A stretch of DNA of 33,880 bases from Chitinophagaceae bacterium (GCA_014379515.1 JACMLR010000017.1:1-33880); one strand, 5' to 3'; positions 1 through 9,749 are shown, counted from the first letter of the stretch. Notes: generated by a model not told the origin, from the sequence alone. Program-made: numbers and translations.

Positions 1-59
1 AATCAAACTAAATATAGAAGGAAAAATGAACCTAACCCGCCGAAGTTAATATTGATCAA

Positions 60-2072
60 TTACCGGACAATTACAGTAACGCCCCTTTTACTGATTGCCT
101 GGCGGGTATCACGATCGATGTATTGCAGCGTCCAAACATAAGTACCAGAAGGTTGAGGACGTCCGCCCAGCGTGCCATCCCATTTCTTCGTCCAGTCTTT
201 TGTTTCGAAGACGACCTGGCCGTATCGATTGAAGACGCGGAAAATAAGATTTTCGGCTTTGTATGCGTTGAGCGGGTACAGGTACTCGTTATGACCGTCA
301 TTGTTTGGAGAGAATGCATTCGGTACTGCTACAAAGCAAGTATTGACGGCTTTTATCCTATGAACGATAGTGTCGGAGCAGTTGGATCCGCCCTGCACTA
401 TCAATCTTGCTGAGTAAAATCTTTCGCGCGTCGTAGTGGGCGGTGTGTATTTTTGTGGGGTTGGCTGTTGGTCGGTACTTGTATTTCCATTTCCAAAATT
501 CCATGACCAGGAAGCAATGTTCCCAACACTCTTATCTGAAAATACAGCAAAGTCTTCCGGGCAAACGACATCTGTAAAATCAAACGCAGCTTTCACCCCG
601 TTATCAAGATTGAATTGGACTGTTGCAGAATCGCTGCATACTCCGTTTGAAACTTTAAGTGCGATTTGTTTTTGACCGAAAACCGTATAAAAAATTGTAG
701 GATTTTGTTGATTGCTAAAGAACTGACCATTAGAGTACCACGCCCAACTCGTCGTACCGCCATTCCCATTGTGCGAAAGGAAGATCGTATCCGTTTTGCA
801 ACCATACTGGATTTGCTGGGTGAACGCTGCTAAAACTATTCCGGATACTGGGAAATTGATAGCAGATCCAGCCGGTGTTGCTTGAGAACATTCATCAAAA
901 ATGGTGTTTCCATCTGTACCTGACTGAAGTGTAATTTGATAATTTCCACCAACCTGGATTGGTCGGGAAAGCGTTACGGTGATTACCGTCGTTTTCCCAT
1001 TGCTGCAAATTCCGGAAGCTCCGGTAACCACAACTGCCGATGGACCGCTCACGACAAAATCACTTCCATCAGCTGCAATACTGGTACAATCAATTGGCTT
1101 ACGAAAAATTAATTCAAGAGTCGTCGGCTCACAGCCCACTCTTCTTAGGCTATCCATCGGTGTTGGAGCCAGTGGGAATATGGTGAAGTTCATTGTTTCA
1201 CCAACTGTAACTCCTTCATTGCAATTGTCAAGAATCGTATTTCCATCCATCCCGTTCTTTACCGTTAACGTGTATGTCGCAGGCGGCAAAGGTGCTGTCA
1301 GCGTCAATTCAACCGAATCCATATCAAATGAACTGTTGCAACCGAGGGCGACAGCGGATGTAATGGATGCGTTAGCCGGAAATAAACTGAAATCGCTTCC
1401 ATCTGCCGCAAGGGTTGCGCACTTCATTTTTTTATTGAGCTTCACACTAACTTTTAATCCACTGCAGTTCGCGCTTGCACGCACTGTTTTTGGTTGTTGG
1501 GGATCCGTGATATCGGCAGTACCTCCTCCAAATGAGAGGTTATATCCTTTTTGAGAAGCGCTGAAATTGCTTAGCAATAATAGGTATTGATGTCCCTGGA
1601 TTAATGAAGGCCGCGAGCTAAATAATGGGAAACCAGTACCTGCGCAGTTCTGAAGAGAGGATCCGTTACCCGATGCCCCGGTAACGCCTGTTAGTCCTGA
1701 CCAGTTGCAAGCGACGAACATTGATGCATCTGTAAAAACGTCGTTGGGATTTTTATTTGTAACGTCAAATAATTGCCAATCGTAATCATCATTTAAATCG
1801 ATTGGAGTAACGGTGAAGCCAAGATTTCCAGCTCGGAAACAGGTGAATTTATACCAGAAGGGATTAATGTCAGTCACACCATCGTTTGTACAAGGACCGG
1901 GAATACGCGTACCTCCGCAAAGCGGAACAGTGCTTTGATTAAATGTACTCACTCCACAGACGGGAAATGCTGTTGCAGGCGTTTGACCTAATGTAGTGCA
2001 TTGCGATTGCGCATACAGTTCGGTAAGGGAAATCAGGCTAAGCCCAAGGATAGCAAGTAGTTTGAAAATCAT
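60..2072 (-). CDS. T9SS type-B sorting (gliding motility-associated C-terminal/CHU_C) protein with tandem Cys-rich Ig-like repeats and PKD-like domains
   Basis: ATG at 2072 gives a signal peptide (MIFKLLAILGLSLISLTELYAQ), whereas the ORF track starts at TTG 2108. PKD motif SWSWNFGNG. C-terminus VPNAFSPNNDGHNE...FNRYGQVVF...WDGT...SGTYVW...RGVTVIVR is typical of CHU_C. Confidence 0.88.
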   Translation of the reverse strand: MIFKLLAILGLSLISLTELYAQSQCTTLGQTPATAFPVCGVSTFNQSTVPLCGGTRIPGPCTNDGVTDINPFWYKFTCFRAGNLGFTVTPIDLNDDYDWQLFDVTNKNPNDVFTDASMFVACNWSGLTGVTGASGNGSSLQNCAGTGFPLFSSRPSLIQGHQYLLLLSNFSASQKGYNLSFGGGTADITDPQQPKTVRASANCSGLKVSVKLNKKMKCATLAADGSDFSLFPANASITSAVALGCNSSFDMDSVELTLTAPLPPATYTLTVKNGMDGNTILDNCNEGVTVGETMNFTIFPLAPTPMDSLRRVGCEPTTLELIFRKPIDCTSIAADGSDFVVSGPSAVVVTGASGICSNGKTTVITVTLSRPIQVGGNYQITLQSGTDGNTIFDECSQATPAGSAINFPVSGIVLAAFTQQIQYGCKTDTIFLSHNGNGGTTSWAWYSNGQFFSNQQNPTIFYTVFGQKQIALKVSNGVCSDSATVQFNLDNGVKAAFDFTDVVCPEDFAVFSDKSVGNIASWSWNFGNGNTSTDQQPTPQKYTPPTTTRERFYSARLIVQGGSNCSDTIVHRIKAVNTCFVAVPNAFSPNNDGHNEYLYPLNAYKAENLIFRVFNRYGQVVFETKDWTKKWDGTLGGRPQPSGTYVWTLQYIDRDTRQAISKRGVTVIVR

Positions 2073-2128
2073 GGTGTATTGACCCGTAAAAATATCGGAT
2101 CGCTGCAAGAAATTAAAAGATATTATGG

Positions 2129-2157
2129 TATACGATACCAGTGGAGAAAAGGTTGGG
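2129..2157 (-). promoter_or_regulatory. Candidate ECF-sigma promoter CCCAACC-N16-CGTAT
   Basis: Minus strand reads CCCAACC ttttctccactggtat CGTATA, about 57 nt upstream of ATG 2072. It fits the AAC...CGT architecture of ECF promoters. Confidence 0.45.
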
Positions 2158-2176
2158 AATCAAACTGATACTGACT

Positions 2177-3055
2177 TTAAAGGATGTCTTCTATATTTCT
2201 CTTGATATTCGCTGCGATTTTTTGGGTAGGAAGATCGTTTTCATCTCCACCAAACGGGTCTTCGATTTCCTCCGCGATCACCTCAAGACTGGCAAGCACA
2301 TAAAAAATGAACGCGACAACCGGGATTACCCAATAACCGAGACTGAATACAAATCCAAATGGAAGCGTAACGACATAAATGAAAATGAATTTTTTTACAA
2401 ACGTGCTGTAGGAAAACGGGATGGGGGTGTTTTTAATACGCTCGCACGCACCACAGATTTCGGCAAACGATTGCAGTTCGCTATTGATGGTCATCAATTG
2501 GTATCCATCAATAGTTCCGTCTTTCTGCATCGTGTAAATTCGTTGCGTAATAAGCGAGACAACCTGGTTAGGTACATGTTTGTTTTTATCTAATGATGCC
2601 AGTTCAGGATGATCGGCAGAATCAAGTGCAAGCCGCGTTGTTTCAAGCGCAAGATGATCGCGAAGAACTGATGCAAACAACGGGATCATTCTTCTGAAAA
2701 AGCGACGATCATCTAAATTTTCATGTTTCAGCAGCGCATTCAATTTCAGCGCAAGATTTCGGCTGTTATTCACAAGTGACCCCCACAACTTACGCCCTTC
2801 CCACCAGCGATCATATGCGGTATTTGTACGGAAAACCAATAACAACGACAGTACAAATCCGAGCAAGTTATGCAGCAGGGACAGCCTGCTTATATTACTA
2901 TCTTTCGACAAGTTCCAGTATTCCAGTTCCAGGTAAGCGATCAACCCGGAATAAGCGGAAATGAGAAATACGAAAACAACGAGCTGTCTTAAGGTGTCAC
3001 CTTTATGAAAATTGAACAGAAACCTGAACCAGTGTTTTGGGTTATAAGAAATCAT
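2177..3055 (-). CDS. Bestrophin family (YneE-like) ion channel
   Basis: Motifs LLVFRTNTAYDRWWEGRKLWG, CERIKNTPIP and EIEDPFGGDENDLP. Start placed at ATG 3055 (MISYNPK). Confidence 0.92.
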   Translation of the reverse strand: MISYNPKHWFRFLFNFHKGDTLRQLVVFVFLISAYSGLIAYLELEYWNLSKDSNISRLSLLHNLLGFVLSLLLVFRTNTAYDRWWEGRKLWGSLVNNSRNLALKLNALLKHENLDDRRFFRRMIPLFASVLRDHLALETTRLALDSADHPELASLDKNKHVPNQVVSLITQRIYTMQKDGTIDGYQLMTINSELQSFAEICGACERIKNTPIPFSYSTFVKKFIFIYVVTLPFGFVFSLGYWVIPVVAFIFYVLASLEVIAEEIEDPFGGDENDLPTQKIAANIKRNIEDIL

Positions 3056-3115
3056 GCGGTGAAAATACGAAAATCGAAAATCGAGCAATCTGCTCTCCAA
3101 ACGAATTTCCAAACT

Positions 3116-3610
3116 TTACTTAACGATGCATTCGCCTTTTGTTAAAACAACGTTCCCAAACGTTACTGCTGGCAAGTTTTTGAAAACCATTTTTCCATTT
3201 TTTTCTTCAACATCACCGTAGCCTTCGGTGAGTTTATCTCCCTGTTTCAAAAAAACTACCTGGCGGGTTGATTTGGTGCCTTCAGAATTAAATTCATAAT
3301 CAGCAACCAGGGTATCACCTTTCAGTTCACCCGAAAAATTTCCATCATTGCGATCCTTCTCAAAAAATTGGTACGTAATCTTTCCTTCAGCACGCCCGTT
3401 TCTTACAAACAAATCCATTAAAACAGTATCCCTTCCCGAATAATAATGGTAGCATTCTTTTTCGGATCGCGAAGCTGGCTTTGCGACTACTTCAGGAGAA
3501 TCAGTATTCGTTTTTTTGTCGGTAAAATTGCAAGACGACAAGATAACCGTGAAAACGCAGCCATAAACAAGCGCCACGATCATGTTTGTTGACGAAGAGG
3601 ATAATTGCAT
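3116..3610 (-). CDS. Hypothetical lipoprotein
   Basis: Hydrophobic segment ending in lipobox LSSC, followed by a beta-rich body. Alternative start ATG 3583. Confidence 0.7.
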   Translation of the reverse strand: MQLSSSSTNMIVALVYGCVFTVILSSCNFTDKKTNTDSPEVVAKPASRSEKECYHYYSGRDTVLMDLFVRNGRAEGKITYQFFEKDRNDGNFSGELKGDTLVADYEFNSEGTKSTRQVVFLKQGDKLTEGYGDVEEKNGKMVFKNLPAVTFGNVVLTKGECIVK

Positions 3611-3623
3611 TTGTTGCTTTTTA

Positions 3624-3631
3624 CAAATCTA
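3624..3631 (-). promoter_or_regulatory. Bacteroidota housekeeping -7 box TAGATTTG
   Basis: Exact TAnnTTTG 13 nt upstream of ATG 3610. No clear -33 TTTG. Confidence 0.5.
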
Positions 3632-3670
3632 GGATGTTTGACGGTTTCACTTCATTTAAGCTTATTCATT

Positions 3671-3792
3671 TGAATTGAATGACCCATAGTCAAGGGATCA
3701 TTTGATCGAGACTCGATCCCCAAATTGTGGGGTTCTCGCCCAAGTATGGCTCAAAGTTCAGGGGTTGTCGAAGCTTTAATACCCTTAAACTT
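3671..3792. other. Palindrome-rich intergenic element (possible structured RNA or regulator-box array)
   Basis: GATCGAG-A-CTCGATC (3704-3718), CCCCA-AATTG-TGGGG (3718-3732), imperfect long-range pairing of 3671-3696 with 3739-3760, and a hairpin 3754-3765/3781-3792. Confidence 0.35.
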
Positions 3793-3872
3793 CATTTTAC
3801 CGTAACAGACTTTCTTATTACTATATGGTACGCTTTGTGATTCGTGTCACAATTAACGCTAAAACCTATCAC

Positions 3873-4964
3873 GTGGTCATACAAATCTCCGACGACTTAA
3901 AAATAACATCTGCCAGGCTAGACAAGATCCTGAGTGATCCGCAAGCCACCGCGAAAGCTGTCAAGCTGGTTTATGTGAATGATAGCATGGAAGGCTATAC
4001 ACGGATCAAATCTCAAAACGGATTTCGTTATTTATACAAGAATAAAGCCCTAAAGGATAAAACAGAGTTGCAACGAATTCGAAGTCTTGTATTGCCGCCA
4101 GCCTGGGAAAAGGTATGGATCTGCGCAAAAGAAAACGGTCACTTGCAAGCTACCGGTTCTGACACCCGTAATCGCAAACAATATCGGTATCATCCATTAT
4201 GGAATCAATTAAGAAATCAAACTAAATTTTACCGGATGCTTCAGTTCGGTAAAGTGTTGCCATCAATCAGAAAGCAGGTTCAAAAAGATCTTGCTTCAAG
4301 CCATTCACCGAAAGAAAAAATCCTCGCTACCGTCATTGCCTTAATGGAGCGTACATGCATCCGCGTTGGTAGCGAATCATATGAAAAAATGTATGGCTCT
4401 TTTGGATTAACAACCCTAAAGGATAAGCACGTCGAAATTAAAGGAAGCAATATGAACTTTTCTTTCAAGGGAAAGAAAGGGGTGGAGCATGACATCAGTA
4501 TTAAAAGTCCGCGGCTCGCGAAAATTGTAAAGCAATGTCGTGATATCCCGGGAAAAGAATTGTTTCAGTATTACGACGAGCAGGGTAATAAACAGACGAT
4601 CGATTCCGGCATGGTAAACGAGTATCTCCGCAGCATTGTGGATGGTGAATTTACTTCGAAAGATTTTAGAACATGGGCCGGAACGGTGCAGGCATTAATT
4701 GCGTTCAAAGAAGTGGGAGAGTTTGAAAATAAAACGCACGCGAAGAAAAACATTGTTGAAGTGCTTGATAAAGTCTCGAAACATCTTGGCAATACAAGAA
4801 CAGTCTGCAAAAAATATTACGTGCATCCCTCAATTCTGGACATGTATGAGTCTGCCAGCCTTGCGACTTATTTCGATAAATTAAAAAAGCAGGAAGACCT
4901 GGATGACAAACCCTGCCTTACCTGTGAAGAGAAGGTTCTGATGGAAATTCTCGAAAAGCTATAG
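3873..4964 (+). CDS. DNA topoisomerase IB (bacterial, poxvirus-like)
   Basis: Motifs LPPAWEKVWIC, GHLQATGSD, KQYRYH, IRVGSESY, FKGKKG, SKDFRTW and LGNTRTVCKKYYVHP (catalytic Tyr). Start uncertain: ATG 3825 or GTG 3873. Confidence 0.93.
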   Translation: MVIQISDDLKITSARLDKILSDPQATAKAVKLVYVNDSMEGYTRIKSQNGFRYLYKNKALKDKTELQRIRSLVLPPAWEKVWICAKENGHLQATGSDTRNRKQYRYHPLWNQLRNQTKFYRMLQFGKVLPSIRKQVQKDLASSHSPKEKILATVIALMERTCIRVGSESYEKMYGSFGLTTLKDKHVEIKGSNMNFSFKGKKGVEHDISIKSPRLAKIVKQCRDIPGKELFQYYDEQGNKQTIDSGMVNEYLRSIVDGEFTSKDFRTWAGTVQALIAFKEVGEFENKTHAKKNIVEVLDKVSKHLGNTRTVCKKYYVHPSILDMYESASLATYFDKLKKQEDLDDKPCLTCEEKVLMEILEKL

Positions 4965-4990
4965 TGTTCCCTCTTCTATATATGGCTATC

Positions 4991-5029
4991 AACGGAAAAA
5001 GCTTCACTGTCAGTGAAGCTTTTTCCGTT
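4991..5029. terminator. Bidirectional intrinsic terminator
   Basis: Perfect 19-bp inverted repeat AACGGAAAAAGCTTCACTG-T-CAGTGAAGCTTTTTCCGTT between convergent topoisomerase and aconitase genes. Confidence 0.85.
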
Positions 5030-5046
5030 TTCAAAATCAATTTTAT

Positions 5047-7311
5047 TTAAACAAACTGCCGGCGAATGATATTTAACGCGCCTCCAGCTCTAAACCATTC
5101 AATTTGCTGATGATTGTACGAGTGATTGACTTCAATAGATTCTGAGCTCCCGTCTGCATGCGTAAGCACAAGTTGCAACGATTTGCCAGGAGTGAAATCC
5201 GTCAAGCCAATGATATCAATAACATCATCCTCAAGAATTTTGTCATAATCTTCTTTGAACGCAAACGTCAATGCAAGCATTCCCTGTTTTTTCAAATTTG
5301 TTTCATGGATCCGTGCGAAACTCTTTACCAATACTGCCCTTACTCCAAGATGACGTGGTTCCATCGCTGCATGTTCGCGAGACGACCCCTCTCCATAGTT
5401 CTCGTCTCCCACAACGATTGTTCCAAGAGCAGCTGCTTTATAAGCACGTTGCGTTTTCGGAACAGGCCCGTATTCGCCAGTTAGCTGATTCTTGACGAGG
5501 TCTGTTTTTTCATTGAAATAATTAAGCGCACCAATCAACATATTGTTACTAATATTATCGAGGTGACCGCGAAATTTCAACCACGGACCTGCCATCGATA
5601 TATGATCAGTTGTACATTTTCCTTTTGCCTTGATCAGCAATTTCAATCCCATTAAATCAACACCTTCCCAGGCTGGAAATGGATCAAGCAATTGAAGTCG
5701 TTTAGAAGTAGGATCGACTTTTACAATTACACCTGTTCCATCAGCCGCAGGTGCTTGAAACCCGGGATCTTCTACATCGAATCCGTTTGGCGGAAGTTCA
5801 TAACCAGTTGGCGGATCGAGCATCACTTTTTCACCCTTCTCATTTATTAAAAAATCAGTAAGTGGATTGAACGTTAGATCGCCTGCAATCGCAATTGCGG
5901 TTACTAGTTCGGGTGAGGCCACGAATGCAAGAGTATTGGGATTTCCATCTGCCCGTTTCGCAAAGTTTCGATTGAATGAATGCACAATCGTATTTCTTTC
6001 CTGTTTTTCTGCGCCAACGCGATCCCACATGCCGATACATGGCCCACATGCATTGGCAAAAACGGTAGCGCCGATTTTTTCAAATGTGTCGAGGAATCCA
6101 TCGCGATCGATCGTATATCTAACAAGTTCACTTCCTGGTGTAATTGTGAACTGTGCTTTTGTCTTTAATCCTTTTTCCGACACCTGCTTGGCAAGACTGA
6201 CAGCGCGGCTGATATCTTCGTACGAAGAATTAGTGCAGCTTCCAATCAAACCAAACTCCACTTTCGTAGGCCAATTGTGTTTGGCCGCTTCCTCTTTCAT
6301 TTTAGAGACTGGAGTGGCAAGGTCAGGAGTAAACGGCCCGTTCAAATGCGGCTCCAATGTGGTGAGATCAATTTCAATTACCTGGTCAAAATAAGCCGAT
6401 GGATTTTCATATACTTCCGCATCTGCAGTTAAATGCTCCCGGATTCCATCAGCAAGCTTGGCAACTTCGTCGCGCCCGGTTGCTCTCAGGTAACGGCTCA
6501 TGCTCTCATCATACCCAAAAGTTGATGTAGTTGCACCAACTTCTGCGCCCATATTACAAATGGTACCCTTCCCGGTACAGCTCATGTTTGTAGCACCTTC
6601 TCCGAAATATTCAACTATTGCACCTGTCCCACCTTTCACAGTGAGGATACCTGCAACTTTGAGAATCACGTCCTTTGGAGCCGTCCAGCCGTTCAATTTG
6701 CCGGTCAGTTTAACTCCAATGAGTTTGGGAAATTTGAGTTCCCATGGAAGACCGGCCATCACGTCACAGGCGTCTGCCCCACCAACACCGATCGCAACCA
6801 TTCCTAAACCACCAGCATTTACGGTGTGACTGTCCGTTCCGATCATTAGGCCACCAGGGAAGGCGTAATTTTCCAACACAACCTGGTGGATGATTCCGGC
6901 ACCCGGTTTCCAAAAACCAATTCCGTATTTATTTGACACAGAAGCAAGGAAATCAAAGACTTCGCTGCTTTCGTTCACTGCTTTGCTAAGGTCGTCCGTA
7001 CTTCCTGTTTTTGCTACAATCAGGTGATCGCAATGGACGGTAGACGGCACTGCCACTTTATCCCGCCCGGCTTGCATGAACTGCAAAAGAGCCATTTGAG
7101 CGGTAGCATCCTGCATTGCGACGCGATCGGGCGCAAAATCAACATAACTTTTTCCTCTTTCGAATGATTGGGTAGGATCTCCCTGCCAAAGATGGGTATA
7201 CAGAATTTTTTCAGATAGGGTAAGCGGGCGTCCAACAACCTTACGGGCCGCCTCAACGCGACCAGGAAAGCTGGAGTACACCTTTCGGATCATTTCAATA
7301 TCAAAAACCAT
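5047..7311 (-). CDS. acnA: Aconitate hydratase (mitochondrial-type)
   Basis: Motifs [41 protein letters not shown] (Fe-S Cys), [16 protein letters not shown] and SFARIHETN. Confidence 0.96.
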   Translation of the reverse strand: MVFDIEMIRKVYSSFPGRVEAARKVVGRPLTLSEKILYTHLWQGDPTQSFERGKSYVDFAPDRVAMQDATAQMALLQFMQAGRDKVAVPSTVHCDHLIVAKTGSTDDLSKAVNESSEVFDFLASVSNKYGIGFWKPGAGIIHQVVLENYAFPGGLMIGTDSHTVNAGGLGMVAIGVGGADACDVMAGLPWELKFPKLIGVKLTGKLNGWTAPKDVILKVAGILTVKGGTGAIVEYFGEGATNMSCTGKGTICNMGAEVGATTSTFGYDESMSRYLRATGRDEVAKLADGIREHLTADAEVYENPSAYFDQVIEIDLTTLEPHLNGPFTPDLATPVSKMKEEAAKHNWPTKVEFGLIGSCTNSSYEDISRAVSLAKQVSEKGLKTKAQFTITPGSELVRYTIDRDGFLDTFEKIGATVFANACGPCIGMWDRVGAEKQERNTIVHSFNRNFAKRADGNPNTLAFVASPELVTAIAIAGDLTFNPLTDFLINEKGEKVMLDPPTGYELPPNGFDVEDPGFQAPAADGTGVIVKVDPTSKRLQLLDPFPAWEGVDLMGLKLLIKAKGKCTTDHISMAGPWLKFRGHLDNISNNMLIGALNYFNEKTDLVKNQLTGEYGPVPKTQRAYKAAALGTIVVGDENYGEGSSREHAAMEPRHLGVRAVLVKSFARIHETNLKKQGMLALTFAFKEDYDKILEDDVIDIIGLTDFTPGKSLQLVLTHADGSSESIEVNHSYNHQQIEWFRAGGALNIIRRQFV

Positions 7312-7426
7312 AATGAAAAATTTAAAGAGTACTGTTCAAACGAACTTTCAGCGAATTTATCAAAAAATGCCTTAAGGATAGAACAGTATCGTTTCTCTAT
7401 TTGTTTAATTTTTATAATTTAGCCGT

Positions 7427-7648
7427 ATGAACCGTCTCCGCTATTATATCGAATGGCAGATATTTGGAGTGTGCACCCGAATTGGTGAAAAACTCGGTAT
7501 TGCCACCTCCCGAATCCGTACATGGTTCGTCTACATCTCCTTTTTAACGATGGGTTCACCGTTAATCGTGTACTTTATCCTCGCTTTCTGGATGAACATG
7601 AAGCGCTATATTCTTTCGTTTAGAAGAAACCCGCTCAAATATCAATAG
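7427..7648 (+). CDS. PspC domain-containing small membrane protein
   Basis: IFGVCTRIGEKLGI...IRTWFV...YFILAFWM matches the PspC pattern. Confidence 0.8.
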   Translation: MNRLRYYIEWQIFGVCTRIGEKLGIATSRIRTWFVYISFLTMGSPLIVYFILAFWMNMKRYILSFRRNPLKYQ

Positions 7649-7697
7649 GTCCATTGCCGAGCTCGCCAACAAATCGTATCCCTCGTTTCTCATTCAT

Positions 7698-7705
7698 TAA
7701 TTTTG
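7698..7705 (+). promoter_or_regulatory. Bacteroidota -7 box TAATTTTG
   Basis: Exact TAnnTTTG followed by C, about 260 nt upstream of the next ATG (7967). Confidence 0.45.
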
Positions 7706-7966
7706 CAATACAGTTTGTTTTTAACATCAGCAATTAATTCCTGTTAGTTGCATTCGATTCCATGTACAACTAGGCTACCGTTACGAAACGGTTCAATTGA
7801 TTTCAAAAAATGGAATGAACTGAAGTGAACGTTGCAATAAGAGTCCACGAAACTCCAAACGATCCTCGTACAAACTAAATGCGTTTTATTGAACCTCTTC
7901 ATCAGAAAATTGTTGTCGGCATTTACATCTACATTTAAGGTCTAATAAACAGTCATCGTTTTAAAT

Positions 7967-8917
7967 ATGCAAACAGTTGTCATTACGGGTGGAACCGGTC
8001 TTATCGGAAGTGCACTCAGTAAATTGTTGAATCAACAGCGCTACCAGGTAGTGTTGTTAACCAGATCAGCACCGAAGTTGATTCAATTTTCGCCGGAAGT
8101 ACAGCCAACTACCATTAAAGCCCATTGGGATCCAGCGAGGCAGGAGATCGACGACACCGTAATCGCGAATGCTGATTTCATTCTTAATCTTGCCGGGGCA
8201 GGCGTTGCAGATAAGCGATGGACTGAGGATCGCAAAAAAGAAATTGTGCAAAGCCGAATTGATAGCGGCAAATTACTGGTTCGTTCATTAGAAAGAATTC
8301 CCAATAAAGTGAAAGCAGTAGTGAATGCTTCTGGTGTTGGTTGGTACGGTCCTGATCCACAAATACCCAATCCTAAGCCATTTACTGAAGACCAACCCGC
8401 GTATGACGATTTTTTGGGTCGCACTTGCGTTGCGTGGGAAGAAAGCATCAAACCAGTTTCGTCTCTTGGGAAACGCCTTGTAATTCTTAGGACAGGTATT
8501 GTAATGAGTAATGAAGGAGGCGCGCTGAAAGAGTTTAAGATGCCTCTGAACTTTGGTGTTGCTGCTATCTTAGGAACCGGCAAACAAATTATGAGTTGGA
8601 TTCACATCGAGGATCTTTGTCGCATTTTTTTAAAGGCAATTGAAGGCGATGAAATGCAAGGAGTTTATAATGCTGTTGCCCCGGTGCCTGCAACAAATAA
8701 AAATATTGCGACGACTCTTGCAAGAAACAAAAACGGAAAACTTTTCCTCCCCATTCGCGTACCAGCTTTTGCTCTCAAACTTGGTCTGGGCGAAATGAGT
8801 ATTGAAGTGTTGAAAAGCGCTACTGTCAGCTCCAAAAAAATAGAGGATGCCGGTTTCACTTTTGCTTTTGAAACCATTGAACATGCATTGAAGGATCTCG
8901 TTGGAGAAAAACAGTAA
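7967..8917 (+). CDS. TIGR01777 family NAD-dependent epimerase/oxidoreductase (YfcH-like)
   Basis: Motifs ITGGTGLIG, NLAGAGVADKRW, SRIDS, LRTGIV, GTGKQIMSWIHIEDL and YNAVAP. Confidence 0.92.
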   Translation: MQTVVITGGTGLIGSALSKLLNQQRYQVVLLTRSAPKLIQFSPEVQPTTIKAHWDPARQEIDDTVIANADFILNLAGAGVADKRWTEDRKKEIVQSRIDSGKLLVRSLERIPNKVKAVVNASGVGWYGPDPQIPNPKPFTEDQPAYDDFLGRTCVAWEESIKPVSSLGKRLVILRTGIVMSNEGGALKEFKMPLNFGVAAILGTGKQIMSWIHIEDLCRIFLKAIEGDEMQGVYNAVAPVPATNKNIATTLARNKNGKLFLPIRVPAFALKLGLGEMSIEVLKSATVSSKKIEDAGFTFAFETIEHALKDLVGEKQ

Positions 8918-9727
8918 TCAGGTTTTAAGATCCGTTCTTCTAAAACTCGCAAGAATTATATAACCGAACAACGCCAGGTAAGCGAGCGCCGTTAACAAAA
9001 GCGACATATCCGTTACGGTTCGTTGTTCCATCATCCTTGGCTTAAAGGGATTTGGTATGAGTGAATCTGCTGCTTCCAACGGGAGGTAATACCCAGCCTG
9101 GCTGCCTCTAAACGTAAGTGCAACCCAAAGCAGGTTATCCACGATACAAACAACCGTGAAGTAAATGATGATCGACAATCCCGTTCGCTTGATAAGGATT
9201 GCAACAAGAAATGCTACCACAAGATATAGCGCTGCCATCACTGCGAAATACCCGATATAGTTTAATCCTTCAAAAATGTCGGATGATGAATTTTCTGGTG
9301 TTAAGATTAGACCCACTACAAGCCCGCTGATAAACACCAATACTGTTGCAATGAGTATAAAAGTTATCATCACCGAAAATTTGGCAAGGATAAAATCGGT
9401 GCGGCTCCACCCATCAATAATGTTTTGTCGGTGAGTGCGATATTGAACTTCGTTCGTTACCAACAAGATGAACAACATCCCGAGTATGATGAAGAAAAGT
9501 CCTCCAAACCAACTCGCCGAGTGCCAGATTTTTGGAAACACAAATGGTGCTCCCAGAACGGAGTTGATCATGTTGGATTCCTGGTTCTTTTGAGAAACAG
9601 TTTCCATATACTTACTGGCAACAAAATAAAATGTAATAGGGAAGAGAAGAACAAAGGATCCAAATAAAACCCAGAACGTGCGGTAGGTTTTCACTTTTAG
9701 CCATTCAATCTGAAGAAGCTTTATCAT
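8918..9727 (-). CDS. ABC-2 type transporter permease
   Basis: Starts MIKLLQIEWLK, has about 6 TM segments and motif NEVQYRT...SRTDFILAKF. Adjacent to an ABC ATPase gene. Confidence 0.85.
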   Translation of the reverse strand: MIKLLQIEWLKVKTYRTFWVLFGSFVLLFPITFYFVASKYMETVSQKNQESNMINSVLGAPFVFPKIWHSASWFGGLFFIILGMLFILLVTNEVQYRTHRQNIIDGWSRTDFILAKFSVMITFILIATVLVFISGLVVGLILTPENSSSDIFEGLNYIGYFAVMAALYLVVAFLVAILIKRTGLSIIIYFTVVCIVDNLLWVALTFRGSQAGYYLPLEAADSLIPNPFKPRMMEQRTVTDMSLLLTALAYLALFGYIILASFRRTDLKT

Positions 9728-9749
9728 GTCTGTGCTGTGTTATTATTAA

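Noticed and set aside
979-1554. 191-aa plus-strand ORF
   Set aside because: Antisense to the T9SS cargo gene. A shadow frame.
2141-2593. 150-aa plus-strand ORF
   Set aside because: Antisense shadow of bestrophin with no recognisable motifs.
3826-3840. Sigma54-like TGGTACG-N4-GTGA upstream of TopIB GTG 3873
   Set aside because: The -12 element deviates from TTGC. Suggestive but too weak without TSS data.
5158-6829. Plus-strand ORFs inside aconitase
   Set aside because: Antisense shadows with no independent signals.
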